64,000 nt of DNA from Phoronis australis (GCA_002633005.1 NMRA01000021.1:163067-227066), one strand, 5' to 3'. Positions 52,501 to 64,000 are shown, counted from the stretch's first letter. Notes: a model not told the origin generated them from the sequence alone. Numbers and translations are program-made.

Positions 52501-55500
52501 CTATTCATATCTGTGAAGTCATTAATTTCCTTATTTGATTTTACACATTTTTCTCACATTTTCATCTTTATCCAATTGATCTCTGTCATCACAAAAAAAT
52601 AACCTCTTCTGACTAGGAGATGCAACCTGCCATGAAACATGGTTAAGGAATTCGTTGCCAAAGATGGGTGCGTTTAAGAAGTTGTTTGCATGTCCTTTCA
52701 ACTAGGAGTACGTACAGTTGCGACTCTCGATTTGTCAGTCATAACCTTGTCACCTTCATGGAATTCTGGCATTGTTTGGTTCATGTGGAGAATTTCTCAT
52801 GTGGAGAATTTTCCTGCTTACACTGGTCACCCCTCTGATTCCCTAAGCCCCAGACAACTTTTATGATGCCTATTCAGCACACCCTTTGTATTGATGTAGA
52901 TCTGAGCTAATGAAGTGGAAGGTAATAGCTAGCACTACTTTCTTAACAATGGTGGTTCTTATTACTGCCAAACTGGTTTTTAATGTAGAGAATAGTCGGT
53001 ACATTTTAAATATTACAAAAAGACTAAAAAGTTAATTTGTGTTGATCTTGACAAAGGACCACTTCACAAAGGAACATTTGGTTTTGACGTATTTGTTCTC
53101 ATTACTTTATTTTAATACTCCTGTCTACTTGTTTTTTTTTTCTTATCTGTTAGGGTTACCATTTTTTGTTTTGTTTTGAAATGAAATTTCAAAACAACTT
53201 AGAAGCCAGTTAATTGTGAACCCACCCCTGAATTTTCCAGAGTACAGCTATACCAAACATGTTACAGCAAACAAAACTACACGTGTTAGAACCCAACTCA
53301 TAAAATGTATATAAAAGTGCTAATATGGTGATAGCGAAATTGAAGTTTTGGAGTCTTTGGACAATTTTACTTGCAGTAAATTAACTATTCTAGCTTTTCC
53401 TCATTCATAAAAAATGAAATCACAGCTCTTGCCCTCCGACCAACCTCATCAACTGCTTGCACTCTCTCGTTGACTACAAAGCTAGCCATCTTCTTGTGTT
53501 CACACGTGTTCCATTACAACTACAAGCTAACTATCGAAATTGGTGCATTTCCGCGATTGTCAGTTTTCCGGTTAGTGTACTATTCCTCAAGTAAAGTAGT
53601 TCAGCATGCATTGGGCCATAAGCGATGTTTTAAAAATTATCGATATCTAATTTAGTCACTGTGTGTTGTTTATAGATGTTTCAATGTAGCTTAGTTGTAT
53701 ATTAAAGGAGAATGCCACCCGATTTAATTGTTCTTTTTTGCCGTCTTAATCAGTCTATATCCACATTTATTGCCTCAGTCTTATGCGGTCGACCTCACCT
53801 TGCTGAGAGGTGTCACATTAACTTGTGATGAATGTGAAAAACGACGCAGCGGCGTCAGTGCTCGAAGAGGAATCTGCAATGGGTCCTGCTGTGGAGTGTT
53901 GTTTGGATAGGGTTTGAACACCACTTTATACTTTAAGCCAGGTGGAAATAGGTCGAACACACTGTATGTGTAATCCATATGATTTCTAAGTAGTTTTGAG
54001 ATGATTTCACTGTGTAGTAGATTCTGTGTCCCATCATCAGTTAGTATCTGGACCTCATATTGTCTGTCTTTAGACCATCTTAAGTAAATCTCTGCCCTTT
54101 CCACAAAATAGCTCATCCCTTTTACTTTCATTTTCACCTATTTGCAATTTGTTCTTCATTTTTCGAAGAAATCTTGATTCTGTCAAGCATTGATGGTTCA
54201 GAACAAAAGTGTGTTATGATAAGGTGAGGTTGTGGTATTGTTCGAAGTGAGGAGGCAGTGTGGTTGGTTGATAAGTACCCACTTTGTTTACTCGAGGTCG
54301 TGGGTTCAAGTCCCACCATGTCACATTGCTAAACCCTTGAGCCAGGTTTCTAGCTCCTCAGCTCGGTTTTAACCATATATTAATAAAGCATAAAAATATT
54401 TCCAGGTGATCAGTGCAATGGGCCCATATGCGAGGCCTGCGCAAGTCTGGTATAACGTGTGTCAGAATCAGACTGCCTGCAATTAATTTTTTTATATTGT
54501 TCGAAGTACCTCTAAGGCTATTTGAATTTTGAAGAAAACCATGATTGAACTTGACCCAATACAGATTCAGTAATAACTTTTCAAACATATGCAGGGCACT
54601 TATCTCACATTTTCTTTTTTCTTGTCACGCGGCGCACCCCCAAACTGCCAAATGGAATCTGGGAGAGTTTTAGGGGGGCCATGGCCCCCTTGGCCCCTCT
54701 CTAAATCCGCCAGTGATTTGCTGTCACTGACATTGGCACTGGTCTGGTGTGTTCCATCTGGCTATCACTAACAGTCTGACTCTGTGAGGTATAACTAGTG
54801 AACCTGCACTGAAATTATTACAACATGTTGATAGCGTCAATCTCAAAACCAGGGAACATTATATCCGACTTGTTTCCAAAGTAGTAAGGTGTGATATAAC
54901 TGAACTCTGAAGTCGAAGTCCAAGTGCCCACAATCACACAGTGATATGTCGAAAATCACCAATTAACCTTCAATTCAGACCCTTTTTAACTCGCTCTTTA
55001 TGCAAATACATTCGCAGAGGCGTACGTGACTGGCCCTGGTTAGATTCCCGGTTCGGAGATTAATCTTAGTCGGTATTTACAACAGTATTTCAGTAACATT
55101 TACATTGATTAAGAAACGCGATAGGCCTACTGCCTAACACAGAAATCGCGCGAGCCAGCACGTTTATTAAAATGCCATCTACCGAGCAAAAGGATAGAAG
55201 TGAAGTACTTTCGCGCAGGCAAATGTACTCCATATGAGTAAGATAATACACGCAGTGTTGGCTTACGTAGTAAATGTGGTATTATTAGTGTTTTGCAGAC
55301 GATAAAATGTGAGGTGTATGGATTTCTACTTTGCACTACTTTGTGGTTCGCCCATGTAATATCAAAAAATTATGTACTCGGTGTAATTAATCAGTCGTGT
55401 CGTAACACATTCCAGGTTATGTGGGAAAATGTCTATTTGAACAATGCAGACTGGATATCTCTCGCAACAACGGCAACTACACTACTAGTACCCAAAATTG

Positions 55501-58500
55501 ATTCAGTTTCCATATTTAAATTCGTGCCTTATTGTTTTAAAAATCAATTCAGTAAAGCAAGTTATCATGGGTGCTCTCGAGTTCGAACAGTGGACGCTTA
55601 GTTGAAAATTCTTGAAAGTAGAGCGGAGTGGGCACTTGACCAAGCATTAGGGGCTTAATCCTACAAATTTCAGACGTAGGGGATGTTTGCCTAGTATATA
55701 ATAAGCGTGGACACTAACCATAATATTTGCGGTACATCAAACTGTTTTGACATCGTCGTCCTAATGCTACGAAAGTTTTACTATTGCATTTCTGACAACA
55801 ATGGAACATTAGGAGTGTGTCAGTCACCCTATAATTTTTTTAAAATAATGTCAATCTTAGAATGCATTTTCCACAAAAGAGGAGACAAGATGTAACTATT
55901 GACCCATATTGGTGTTAATCTTAAATTGCTCCCCGAAAGATGGCATACTCATTCCAGCCAATGTTTGACTGCTGTTATATTTGCAAGATATTCAGTAGCA
56001 ATAAGACTTGAGTTTATCCCCCATTGTGAAGTGAGAGAAGTATTCCAATGTTGCACTGACCTGCTCGAAGAGGAATCTGCAATGGGTCCAGCTGTGGAGT
56101 GTTGTTTGGATAGGGTTTGAACACCACTTTATACTTTAAGCCAGGTGGAAATAGGTCGAACACACTGTATGTGTAATCCATATGATTTCTATGTAGTTTT
56201 GAGATGATTTCACTGTGTAGTAGATTCTGTGTCCCATCATCAGTTAGTATCTGAACCTCATATTTTCTGTCTTTAGACCATCTTAAGTAAATCTCTGCCC
56301 TTTCCACAGAATAGCTCACCCCTGTTACTTCCATTTTCAACTATTTGCAATTTGTTCTTCATTTTTCGAAGAAATCTTGATTATGTCAGGCATTGATGTT
56401 TCAGAACAAAAGTGTGTTATGATAAGGTGAGGTTGTATTGTTCAAAGTATCTCTAAGGCTATTGTGCTTTTGAATAAAGCCATCATTGAACTTGACCCAA
56501 TACAGATTCAGTCATAACTTCTCAAGCACATACAGGGCACTTATCTGACATTTTCTTTTTTTCTTGTTGCTTTATTTGTTTTCTTGCTTTTGCTTTTGGT
56601 TTAATTTCTAATTGAGATTGTTCTTACCATTTCGTAACATTAAATATATTATTTTACTTAGTAAGTAATGAGATAATTTATATTATGTAGTATGATTAAT
56701 TGTGGCAGTAAAATAGACACTGTCCAAACTTTCCAGACCTCACTACCCTTTATCAAGTGGATGACGTGTAGAAATGCACTCATAGTATTTGAATATGGGG
56801 CACCTTACGAGATCAAAAGTACATAAAGTGTAAGAAAAAAACAAGTGCCTGGTGATGATGAGAGATACGTCATCTGGATTAAACAATGTTGTTAGTGGAA
56901 TTCTGATGGTTAACTTTATTCACAAAAGGCAAACCTGGTAGTTGGAAGGACTGGTAAGAATAGAAACTAGCTCTTACTTAAACAAGAGGTTCCATAATGC
57001 AAGTTAGTGTCCATCGGGGGGTTTTTATGAACAATGTGTTGTTTTTTGGTGTGTGTCTTGGGTTAAGTTTCCTATACATGACAGCGTTTTCCCGTTCAGT
57101 GACTTTACCAGACACAGGGGGTTCTGAGCCTGTGATAACATCTAGCTTCTTTGTTAACTGCCAAGCACACTCTTTTGTCTGTTATGACAACAAGCAGGCC
57201 ACTTATCTACCAGGCTTATTACAGACCACGTGTGAACAAAGTCAAACTCAGAGTGAATTGGTGTATTCGGAAAGAATAGATTGTTGTAACTTCGGTTGCA
57301 GTTGGGCGATTTTTGCGATTCAAAAACTAAACATGATCACCATTTGACGAAGATTTCAGAAATGCTATTGGTTTATGTTCAAATACGTTATAACTCAACT
57401 TTTATTTTTAACAGCACAGCCCAGTCAGGGTAGATACGATCAATTATCGAACAAAAGAGAGCTGGCCCTCCAACCATAAATGCCAGAATGGAGTTAATCA
57501 GTCGTGTAAGACATTGGCTACAGGGGTAAACCTCCCAACTTGTTGTTGGGCTATAGAATCAAACAAGTTGGGAGCAACGGGAAAACGCCGTTATGATTCG
57601 CACAAAGATGATTGCCAAAATCTTTATTTTCCAATTTTCAAAACCTAACCCTAGTGTTAGAAATGTTTCACTTTCCTTGCATGTTTGTTGATGACAGTTT
57701 TCAATTTTTTTGTTCTTGTTTATTTTTCTTGAAAATTTTGATAAAAATGACAATTCTCTTTTCTGCCATATTGTATTCTAATTTGAAGAAACTCTACCAT
57801 AAACTTTATTTCAGTTTCATTTCAAGTGTTGCCGTTTTGGTGGTACTAAAGGTGATTTTTAGGGCCAAGTGATCACAAGTAATAGCGGTACAATTTTTCG
57901 TCTTAACAGTAGAATTACATGTACTTGTTATTTGATATGTGTAACCCTAGAGCATGCTCAGTGTTTTGTGTTTGGCGGCCAGCGAAGGTGAATGACTGGC
58001 TACCAGGCAATGTTGGCTTATTGTGGATGAAATGGTACTTTAGAACACAAAACCCGTGCTAGTCCAGCAAACTTTAGGAGAAATCTTGGAAAAAAATTCT
58101 ACAAAGAATTACTTGTGCNNNNNNNNNNNNNNNNNNNNNNNNNNNNNNNNNNNNNNNNNNNNNNNNNNNNNNNNNNNNNNNNNNNNNNNNNNNNNNNNNN
58201 NNNNNNNNNNNNNNNNNNNNNNNNNNNNNNNNNNNNNNNNNNNNNNNNNNNNNNNNNNNNNNNNNNNNNNNNNNNNNNNNNNNNNNNNNNNNNNNNNNNN
58301 NNNNNNNNNNNNNNNNNNNNNNNNNNNNNNNNNNNNNNNNNNNNNNNNNNNNNNNNNNNNNNGCTCTTCTTGTGACTCTTCGCAGCATGGCCATAAATAA
58401 TACCGGCTTCGAGCAGTCGGCTGCCATCATTGAACCAGTTGGGATGCAGTCTGCTCGAGGTTTTGTTTGCGGGCCAGCAGCTTAACATCAGCCGAATATA

Positions 58501-61461
58501 AGTAGAGGGGTTGGTTGGTGGTGCATGAGCCAGCGAGGTAATCTGCACGCTCATTAATCAAGACACCTGCGTGGCCAGGTACGAAAGACCAGATCACTAC
58601 ATGATGAGGGTGGCGTGATCGGAAGACACCCCAGTTGGCTGGGAGGTTTCCAGATTTAACTTTCATCAACACTGCCATGGAATCGGTGGCAAAGATAATG
58701 GTGTGATTCTCCAGGTCTAAGAGTGACAGCTTGGTTAGGGCACGTTGTATAGCCTCAAACTCCATCCGCATACTGCAGTTCAGCATGAGTGATATTATTG
58801 AGCATAAGCTGTGACACCCAAATGTGCTTTGCCAAAAGTACTCAAAATGTTGAGTAATTATCAGTTTCCTAGGTGTACTAGGGGGGAGAATGTGACCACC
58901 TATAATTCATGAATAAACACTTGATCAGATTTGGGGAAATTACTTGAAATTCCAAGACTGCTAACTTGCATTCTCCACGATACATTGAGGTTATTTTGAG
59001 AGATGTCAAAGGAGTAAATAAAATTGACCACATTATTGTGTCTCAAAAAAAACAAAGTGTCAAATGAAGTGGAGTGAAAAATTGAATCTCCCGGATACTA
59101 CAGAATGGTGGTAAAATATTTTTTTCTTTTATCTATTCATTTACTGAAGATTTTTCTCTGGACTAATGTAAATAACTGGCTGGAAGATGCTGTTGGACAT
59201 AGTTTAGTAATGTCTATACAATAAGTTCTGTTTGGTATTCAGGTGGAAGCAGTTTTACAGAGTATGGTTTTTTGTCTTGGCAAGTACCACATTTATAAAC
59301 AAAGGTTAAAGTGCAAAAATCCCTGCCTTGCACTGTTTAAAAAGGAAGTTGCATTGTACATTTCCATATACATAAACAATAGGAAGTACGTAGAATTTAT
59401 AGATCGCTGGCATTAGGTCTTGACCTTTTTTGTTTATTATGAATGAATCACAGCCTCTACTTGTNTGCCTGTAAGCATTTGATTTGACAGCACTCGGGCA
59501 CAGCTCTTCTCGCAGCATGGCCATAAATAATACCGGCTTCGAGCAGTCGGCTGCCATCATTGAACCAGTTGGGATGCAGTCTGCTCGAGGTTTTGTTTGC
59601 GGGCCAGCAGCTTAACATCAGCCGAATATAAGTAGAGGGGTTGGTTGGTGGTGCATGAGCCAGCGAGGTAATCTGCATGCTCATTAATCAAGACACCTGC
59701 GTGGCCAGGTACGAAAGAACAGATCACTACATGATGAGGGTGGCGTGATCGGAAGACACCTCAGTTGGCTGGGAGGTTTCCAGATTGAACTTTCATCAAC
59801 ACTGCCATGGAATCGGTGGCAAAGATAATGGTGTGATTCTCCAGGTCTAGGAGTGACAGCTTGGTTAGGGCACGTTGTATAGCCTCAAACTCCATCCGCA
59901 TACTGCAGTTCAGCATGAGTGATATTATTGAGCATAAGCTGTGACACCCAAATGTGCTTTGTCAAAAGTACTCAAAATGTTGAGTAATTATCAGTTTCCT
60001 AGGTGTACTGGGGGGAGAATGTGACCACCAATAATTCATGAATAAACACTTGATCAGATTTGGGGAAATTACTTGAAATTCCAAGACTGCTAACTTGCAT
60101 TCTCCACGATACATTGAGGTTATTTTGAGAGATGTCAAAGGAGTAAATAAAATTGACCACATTATTGTATCTCAAAAAAAACAAAGTGTCAAATGAAGTG
60201 AAGTGAAAAATTAAATCTCCCGGATACTACAGAATGGTGGTAAAATATTTTTTTCTTTTATCCATTTACTGAAGATTTTTCTCTGGACTAATGTAAATAA
60301 CTGGCTGGAAGATGCTGTTGGACATAGTTTAGTAATGTCTATACAATAAGTTCGGTTTGGTATTCAGGTGGAAGCAGTTTTACAGAGTATGGTTTTTTGT
60401 CTTGGCAAGTACCACATTTATAAACAAAGGTTAAAGTGCAAAAATCCCTGCCTTGCACTGTTTAAAAAGGAAGTTGCATTGTACATTTTCATATACATAA
60501 ACAATAGGAAGTACGTAGAATTTATAGATCGCTGGCATTAGGTCTTGACCTTTTTTGTTTATTATGAATGAATCACAGCCTCTACTTGTATTTTTAATGT
60601 TAAATTACCTTTGTATAATTATGTCAGCAATGTAAGTTGACCTTAAATGACCCTTGACTAAACAAAAAAGTTATTGTATTGTGTGATCTGTATCGTACCT
60701 ATTATATTGACTAAAAAATAAAAAACTTGCATTCTTGAAAGAGTAGTCCATATATAGTACAATTCTCAATTTAGTACTTAAAATTGTGATCAGTATAGTT
60801 TGATTTACAAAGTAGATAATCTGCACTTTACATTTGAACGACTATTATCTTTTGTACACGTCTTTTTTTTGGCAAAGTTCAAGTTCGTTGACTAGACTAG
60901 TGGGCTTAAAATTTATTTTTCTTCCTTTATCGATCCAAAGACCTCATAAAAACTAGTCTAAGAGAGTAGTTCTCAAGTTTTGAGTATGTCTTGTAGGGAC
61001 TAAAATGAAATTTGATGGTCGCCATTTCTCGAAGACTACTCCAGTGAGTACATGTTAGAGAAAAAGTCTACAAGTAAATTAAGGGTCTGAGTATACTTTG
61101 GTGGTCACTGGCCCTGGTGTCTTTGTTTGTATTCAAGGCTCATCCATCATTTCTCAGTTTCCATGAGACTTCTTTCTCCGGTTTTGTAATGCTTTGCATG
61201 ATGCCTAATCAACAATTCCTATATACATGTTGCAGGCCCACTCAAGTCTCATTAACATACCATTTTTCTATTCCTGTTCCAGGAGGAGTTCCTGACTTCA
61301 GCCTTGCCCCTTGTCCTGCCCTGGTGCACTGCTCATCACTTCAACACGCGTACATTCTCTCAACTGGCCCTCTACAGGCTCTGGCAAGTTGCCAAGGACA
61401 ATGGCATATCATCTCCGCAGGTGTCTTTGGTAGAGGGATGCATTGAGTACCTGACCACAGG
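25550..61461 (+). CDS. TARBP1: TARBP1/Trm3-like tRNA (guanosine-18 2'-O)-methyltransferase, partial; C-terminal SpoU domain lies beyond the window
   Basis: Phase-consistent GT-AG exons: 25550-26630, 26853-27001, 27746-27798, 28320-28417, 29139-29274, 29807-29906, 30343-30538, 31228-31595, 31840-31977, 32675-32826, 33541-33742, 43246-43425, 43613-43779, 45161-45232, 46098-46326, 47293-47442, 48066-48152, 61283-61461. Segments resemble vertebrate TARBP1 in the same order: FWEIIQVGL...LTRKRSMYLLKRA, LFWW...IWQDFVLVVETFEE...VVKPV, DWGRVVSLYLQAQWTCL, NSEIHRTKHRL, QSAVRYYLEW, LPWCTAHHFNTR. Confidence 0.88.
29958..30072. repeat. AT-rich hairpin (MITE-like)
   Basis: AAATAGTATAAAGT...TACTAAAATATATTAAAATAT pairs with ATATTTTAATATATTTTAGTA...ACTTTATACTATTT. 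Confidence 0.6.
35970..36134. repeat. Long imperfect hairpin (palindromic MITE-like)
   Basis: TAGGTTATCCTACATACATA ... TATGTATGTAGGGTAACCTA, with arms pairing over about 70 bp. Confidence 0.75.
37903..42525 (-). CDS. Nested type I membrane protein: signal peptide, SUEL/galactose-rhamnose lectin-like domain, CUB-like domain, Thr/Ser/Pro mucin stalk, TM helix, Tyr-motif cytoplasmic tail (588 aa)
   Basis: Exons (minus): 42525-42375, 41203-40925, 40481-40068, 39558-39055, 38745-38664, 38239-37903; junction phases 1,1,1,1,2; 1767 nt open. Exon 2 has the SUEL-like pattern V.DRCNGRQRC.I...L.TPC....YLHVHYDC. Exon 3 is CUB-like (GYPNKY..C..C.W...VLDFDL...C.DHL...G.WL). Exon 5 encodes the TM AVIAGATAGGAVVLLVVVAVIIVCC. 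Confidence 0.85.
44531..45120. mobile_element. TA-flanked MITE (Tc1/mariner-pogo type)
   Basis: TA|CAGTAAAAATTCTTCAGTTTGGGACAATG ... CATTGTCCCAAACAGGAGATTTTTTTCTG|TA: imperfect 29-bp TIRs, no ORF. Confidence 0.75.
47440..47582. repeat. 47-bp tandem repeat (3 copies) starting at a TARBP1 splice donor
   Basis: caggtaggggctaatgga...cactcacaaa at 47440, 47487 and 47534. Confidence 0.85.
48355..48695. repeat. 17-bp minisatellite (TTGTGCTGCCCTGTGCG), about 20 copies
   Basis: Seen directly; explains the Cys-rich spurious ORFs at 48341-48835. Confidence 0.95.
48700..49160 (-). mobile_element. Non-LTR retrotransposon RNase H relic
   Basis: Minus-strand translation IIVATDGSLRDDTTA*AAVAW...GKSSSFRAECEAYEDTLVWL...FLLT shows RNase HI DGS and RAE motifs with an in-frame stop. 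Confidence 0.65.
49165..50001 (+). mobile_element. 5'-truncated copy of the same HINE-like family
   Basis: Internal gtgccccctagtggc repeats and 3' end GTGGGTGCATTTCAACGCTCTGCGTTGCTCT match the other two copies. Confidence 0.75.
51005..56334 (-). CDS. PHYHIP/PHYHIPL-like protein (FN3-like N-terminus plus PHYHIP C-terminal domain), 2 coding exons, 333 aa, nested in a TARBP1 intron
   Basis: Exon 56334-56061 (MEVTGVSYS...PLRA, G|gtcagt, phase 1) joins exon 51732-51005 (tttcag|AA, phase 1) to give 1002 nt. C-terminal motifs LYRN..YF, KDNNGDP..ING.L.GLFF, DSPFG..R..IP, NLYFADFYC, HY..LV, ADKFC..KL..L....NQFL match the PHYHIP family. Confidence 0.85.
53799..54620 (-). pseudogene. Partial duplicate of the PHYHIP-like first exon and upstream region, without the phase-1 splice donor
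   Basis: 53860-54620 is near-identical to 56062-56565 apart from a SINE insertion. The donor GCAG|gtcagt is replaced by GCACTGACG; the nearest donor-like site (53799, AAG|gtgagg) is phase 0 and out of frame with the 51732 exon. Confidence 0.65.
54249..54494 (+). mobile_element. tRNA-derived SINE with 13-bp target-site duplication
   Basis: Flanked by TATTGTTCGAAGT at 54236-54248 and 54495-54507. The empty site is in the paralogous region at about 56436-56448. Has an A-box-like 5' end and a B box GGTTCAAGTCC. Confidence 0.85.
58363..60589. repeat. Near-identical tandem duplication, period about 1130 bp
   Basis: 58363-59464 matches 59502-60589 with scattered SNPs; adjacent to a gap and joined at a single N (59465). 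Confidence 0.9.
58427..58786 (-). mobile_element. Non-LTR retrotransposon RNase H fragment (second copy at about 59557-59916)
   Basis: SMRMEFEAIQRAL...IIFATDSMAVL...WSFVPGHAGVLINERADYLA shows the RNase HI E, D, H and D motifs. Confidence 0.8.
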
Positions 61462-61509
61462 GTGAGCCTTGTTTGTGTGTATAGTAAAAGTCCTTGAAAT
61501 TTGAACTTA

Positions 61510-63031
61510 CCGTAAACGTGCGGGTTAACGCCCATGCTCTGTTTACCGCCCACCCCCTACTTAAGGTGGATTTTCGAACTGGCGTTAGCAGATTTAACTA
61601 ATGTCGCTGGCTGTTATTTACTACGATTTCTTGCGTCAGCCCCCCGTTGGTTCCCGGCTTGCTGCTGGCGCGGCGGTGCTGGCTGGGCTAAGCACGCAGG
61701 GAACCAGCGAGGCGTCAACCGCCACCTGACTGTGTGAATTATCGCTTCCATTTTCCCTTTTTAGCCATCCAGAATAATTTTGTCTCTACATTGGCCAGTT
61801 TATCCTGAACAAAATTCTTACCATTCAAGCCTGAAATATCTACGACGGACGCAGACTGACTGAAAACACGCATCTAGCTACAGGCATGGCACACTTGGGA
61901 ACATCGAGACAGAAAATATCAAAGTAGACTTGACATCGCAGTTTTGGTTGACATTGGAACAGTGGAATACTGTAAAGTACTGGGTCTTTGCTAACAACAG
62001 CTTGAAAGTATAGCATCACGCCGGTTTCTTTAGGAGTGTCGCTGTTCTCTTTTGAGGTGTGACTTTGTTGTGGTGCAGGCGCGTAAGTTTCCACACTGAG
62101 CGCATGTTACCTTGACAACAACATGTGATTGACAGGTTACTCATACATAGGCCCTCTACGTGCGTGCTGAATCCCGCCGCTCTCTTTGGCCATAAAAAAC
62201 AAGACACATATTAAAAGAAGCTGTTATATTATTTACTTGTCGGCCTTTCCAAGTCAAGATTGCCTGCTGGGACATTACGCGCAAACAGCGGGACTGATCA
62301 CTGCCGCAGTGCGATAGTGTAGGTGATATTATAATAAGATATAATCTGGACATCTCCCCCCCCCCACCGATTCTTGTCTTACTTCTTTCGTGCTATGGGA
62401 AGTGTGAAAATGTTATTGAGTCATGGAGTGTCGACTATAAACATCCCTAACACAAAAAAAACACCTGAAATCAAACTGCTCTCTGACTCGGAACTTGACA
62501 GCTAGCACGGGACTGTAACATTGACGTTAGCTGTGACCTCTGCAACACGTAAAGCTTGTACGCGCGCACTTATGCAGTGCCACCACTTGCAATCCAAGTA
62601 GAGCGCTACGTGGTCACTGGTCGTCTGCGCACTACAGTTCTAACAAACTAACAAGACCGCAGGATGGCACGGGTCTATTACTCAGCAATTTTGTAAATTT
62701 AATTGTGAATGACTAATGTGAGGGCAACAGAACCTTTGTTGGGATCATCCGCTGTCATGAAGTTTTTACCGTCACTTGGCGACGTGACGATAAAGCTCTG
62801 AAAAGTTCTACGCGTTCAGAGTACGTGTGTGGTGTGGGGACTGAGATCATGAGGTAAGATTAACCGCCCAGGGTGGTTGCCTGTCGTAATAAGCGCCCAT
62901 GTTCAGTTAACTGCCCACCCTGGATTTCTTGAAATTTCACGTTTTAGCGCCCATGTCTGGTTAACCGGCCACCCCCGACTTTTTGGGTTTGCCAATTTAA
63001 CCGCCTAGGACATTAACTCGAATGTTTACGG
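61510..63031. mobile_element. TA-flanked non-autonomous DNA transposon (pogo/Tigger-like ends) of about 1.5 kb
   Basis: TA|CCGTAAACGTGCGGGTTAAC ... ATTAACTCGAATGTTTACGG|TA. Subterminal TTAACCGCCCA-type repeats occur at both ends. Confidence 0.7.
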
Positions 63032-64000
63032 TAAATAATTACCAAATGTATTATGTTCCCATTTTTCAGAGAGCTCACTACATTGCTTAAAAAGGCTCGA
63101 CAATGAAGTAAAAAAGCTTTTCCTGTGTGTTTTTGTTGAAAGGTTTGACCAAATCAAATTTCACTGTAGTTCTGTGATTTTGTGTGATGATCGAAGAATG
63201 TTTTGGATGGTGTTGTGAGAAGATGGAGAAAGTTGGAACAATCTTGGCCTTTAGATGTTTGGAAGTGGTTACAGAGATATAGATTCTTGTTTCATTGATG
63301 GTTTTATTAAATCAAGCATTGGAATTGACATTGTTTGAGAGCATGACAATAGAATGTCTGAGTTTCTTCTTGTCATTAAGATGGTGAAAAAGATCCCTAA
63401 AATAGCGGGGGGGGGGGTTTGCGTTGTGTTACTGCGTCATTTTTCCTTTGCCAACTGAGATTTGAAGTTTCAGTTTATCTTGATAGGGAAGTGACTGGTT
63501 TATATTTGCCGTAGTTTTATGATATGTCATGCAATTTCTCACGTAACCAGTGCATGGATGATCAGCTATGGATGGCCAGCTTAAGTCCCTTGTAAGGGTA
63601 CGCACAGTTACTCTTCTAATTACTGGTTAATCTGGAAAAAGAATAAAATGTTTGTGTGAGTGTTGGTTATTGAAATTATTTGTGATAGTGGATGGACGAT
63701 GTATACTTTTAGTTGTGAAGTTGTAATTTATGTATTTATTGTAATGTACCTATTTCTACCATTGCGTTGAAAACGCGATTAAATTTTTCATTTGAAAGCT
63801 TGATGTAGCTTACTACATAGCTGCACTCCTGAAGAAAGGAGATTGTTTTGACACTACGAGTGACTCTGTATCAAGCATTCAAACAAAAACTTTAGTCGTG
63901 TTTTCAACGAAGTTTGTGTTAACGAAGGGTTGCTACCAAACAATTGCAGACCTATTTCTACCATTATGTAGGAGGAATGCCGTGTGTTTCCATAAGGTGC

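Noticed and set aside
52200-52800. Possible reverse-transcriptase relic on the minus strand
   Set aside because: Only a vague resemblance to RT motifs; too degraded to support.
54249-54320. tRNA gene
   Set aside because: It is the head of a SINE flanked by a TSD, and I could not form a convincing cloverleaf.
63070-63110. Possible next TARBP1 exon after tttcag
   Set aside because: In the required phase it stops after ELTTLLKKARQ and does not resemble the expected conserved continuation; the remaining exons are probably outside the window.

Overview
Eukaryotic, intron-rich, AT-rich animal DNA, most likely a marine invertebrate draft assembly, with N gaps at 8331-8872, about 23926-23954 and 58119-58361. 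Genes reconstructed by hand from GT-AG splice sites and reading phase: (1) a complete 6-exon glia maturation factor (GMF, ADF-H family, 142 aa) on the minus strand at 17310-23670; (2) a diverged duplicate of GMF (exons 2-3 visible, 386-1715) running off the left edge, apparently with a newly acquired first exon at the edge of an inverted Penelope-like terminal repeat; (3) a long TARBP1/Trm3-like tRNA methyltransferase gene on the plus strand, head-to-head with GMF, from 25550 to beyond 61461; (4) two antisense genes nested in TARBP1 introns: a 6-exon, 588-aa type I membrane protein (signal peptide, SUEL-lectin-like, CUB-like, mucin stalk, TM, Tyr-motif/ITAM-like tail) and a 2-exon, 333-aa PHYHIP-like gene with a partial duplicate of its first exon. 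Repeats include three Helentron-type non-autonomous (HINE/DINE-1-like) elements carrying periodic arrays of CTCF-like motifs, a tRNA-derived SINE with a target-site duplication, TA-flanked MITEs, small hairpin elements, Penelope GIY-YIG, LINE and RNase H relics, and minisatellites. All homology calls come from recalled family motifs, not from database searches.
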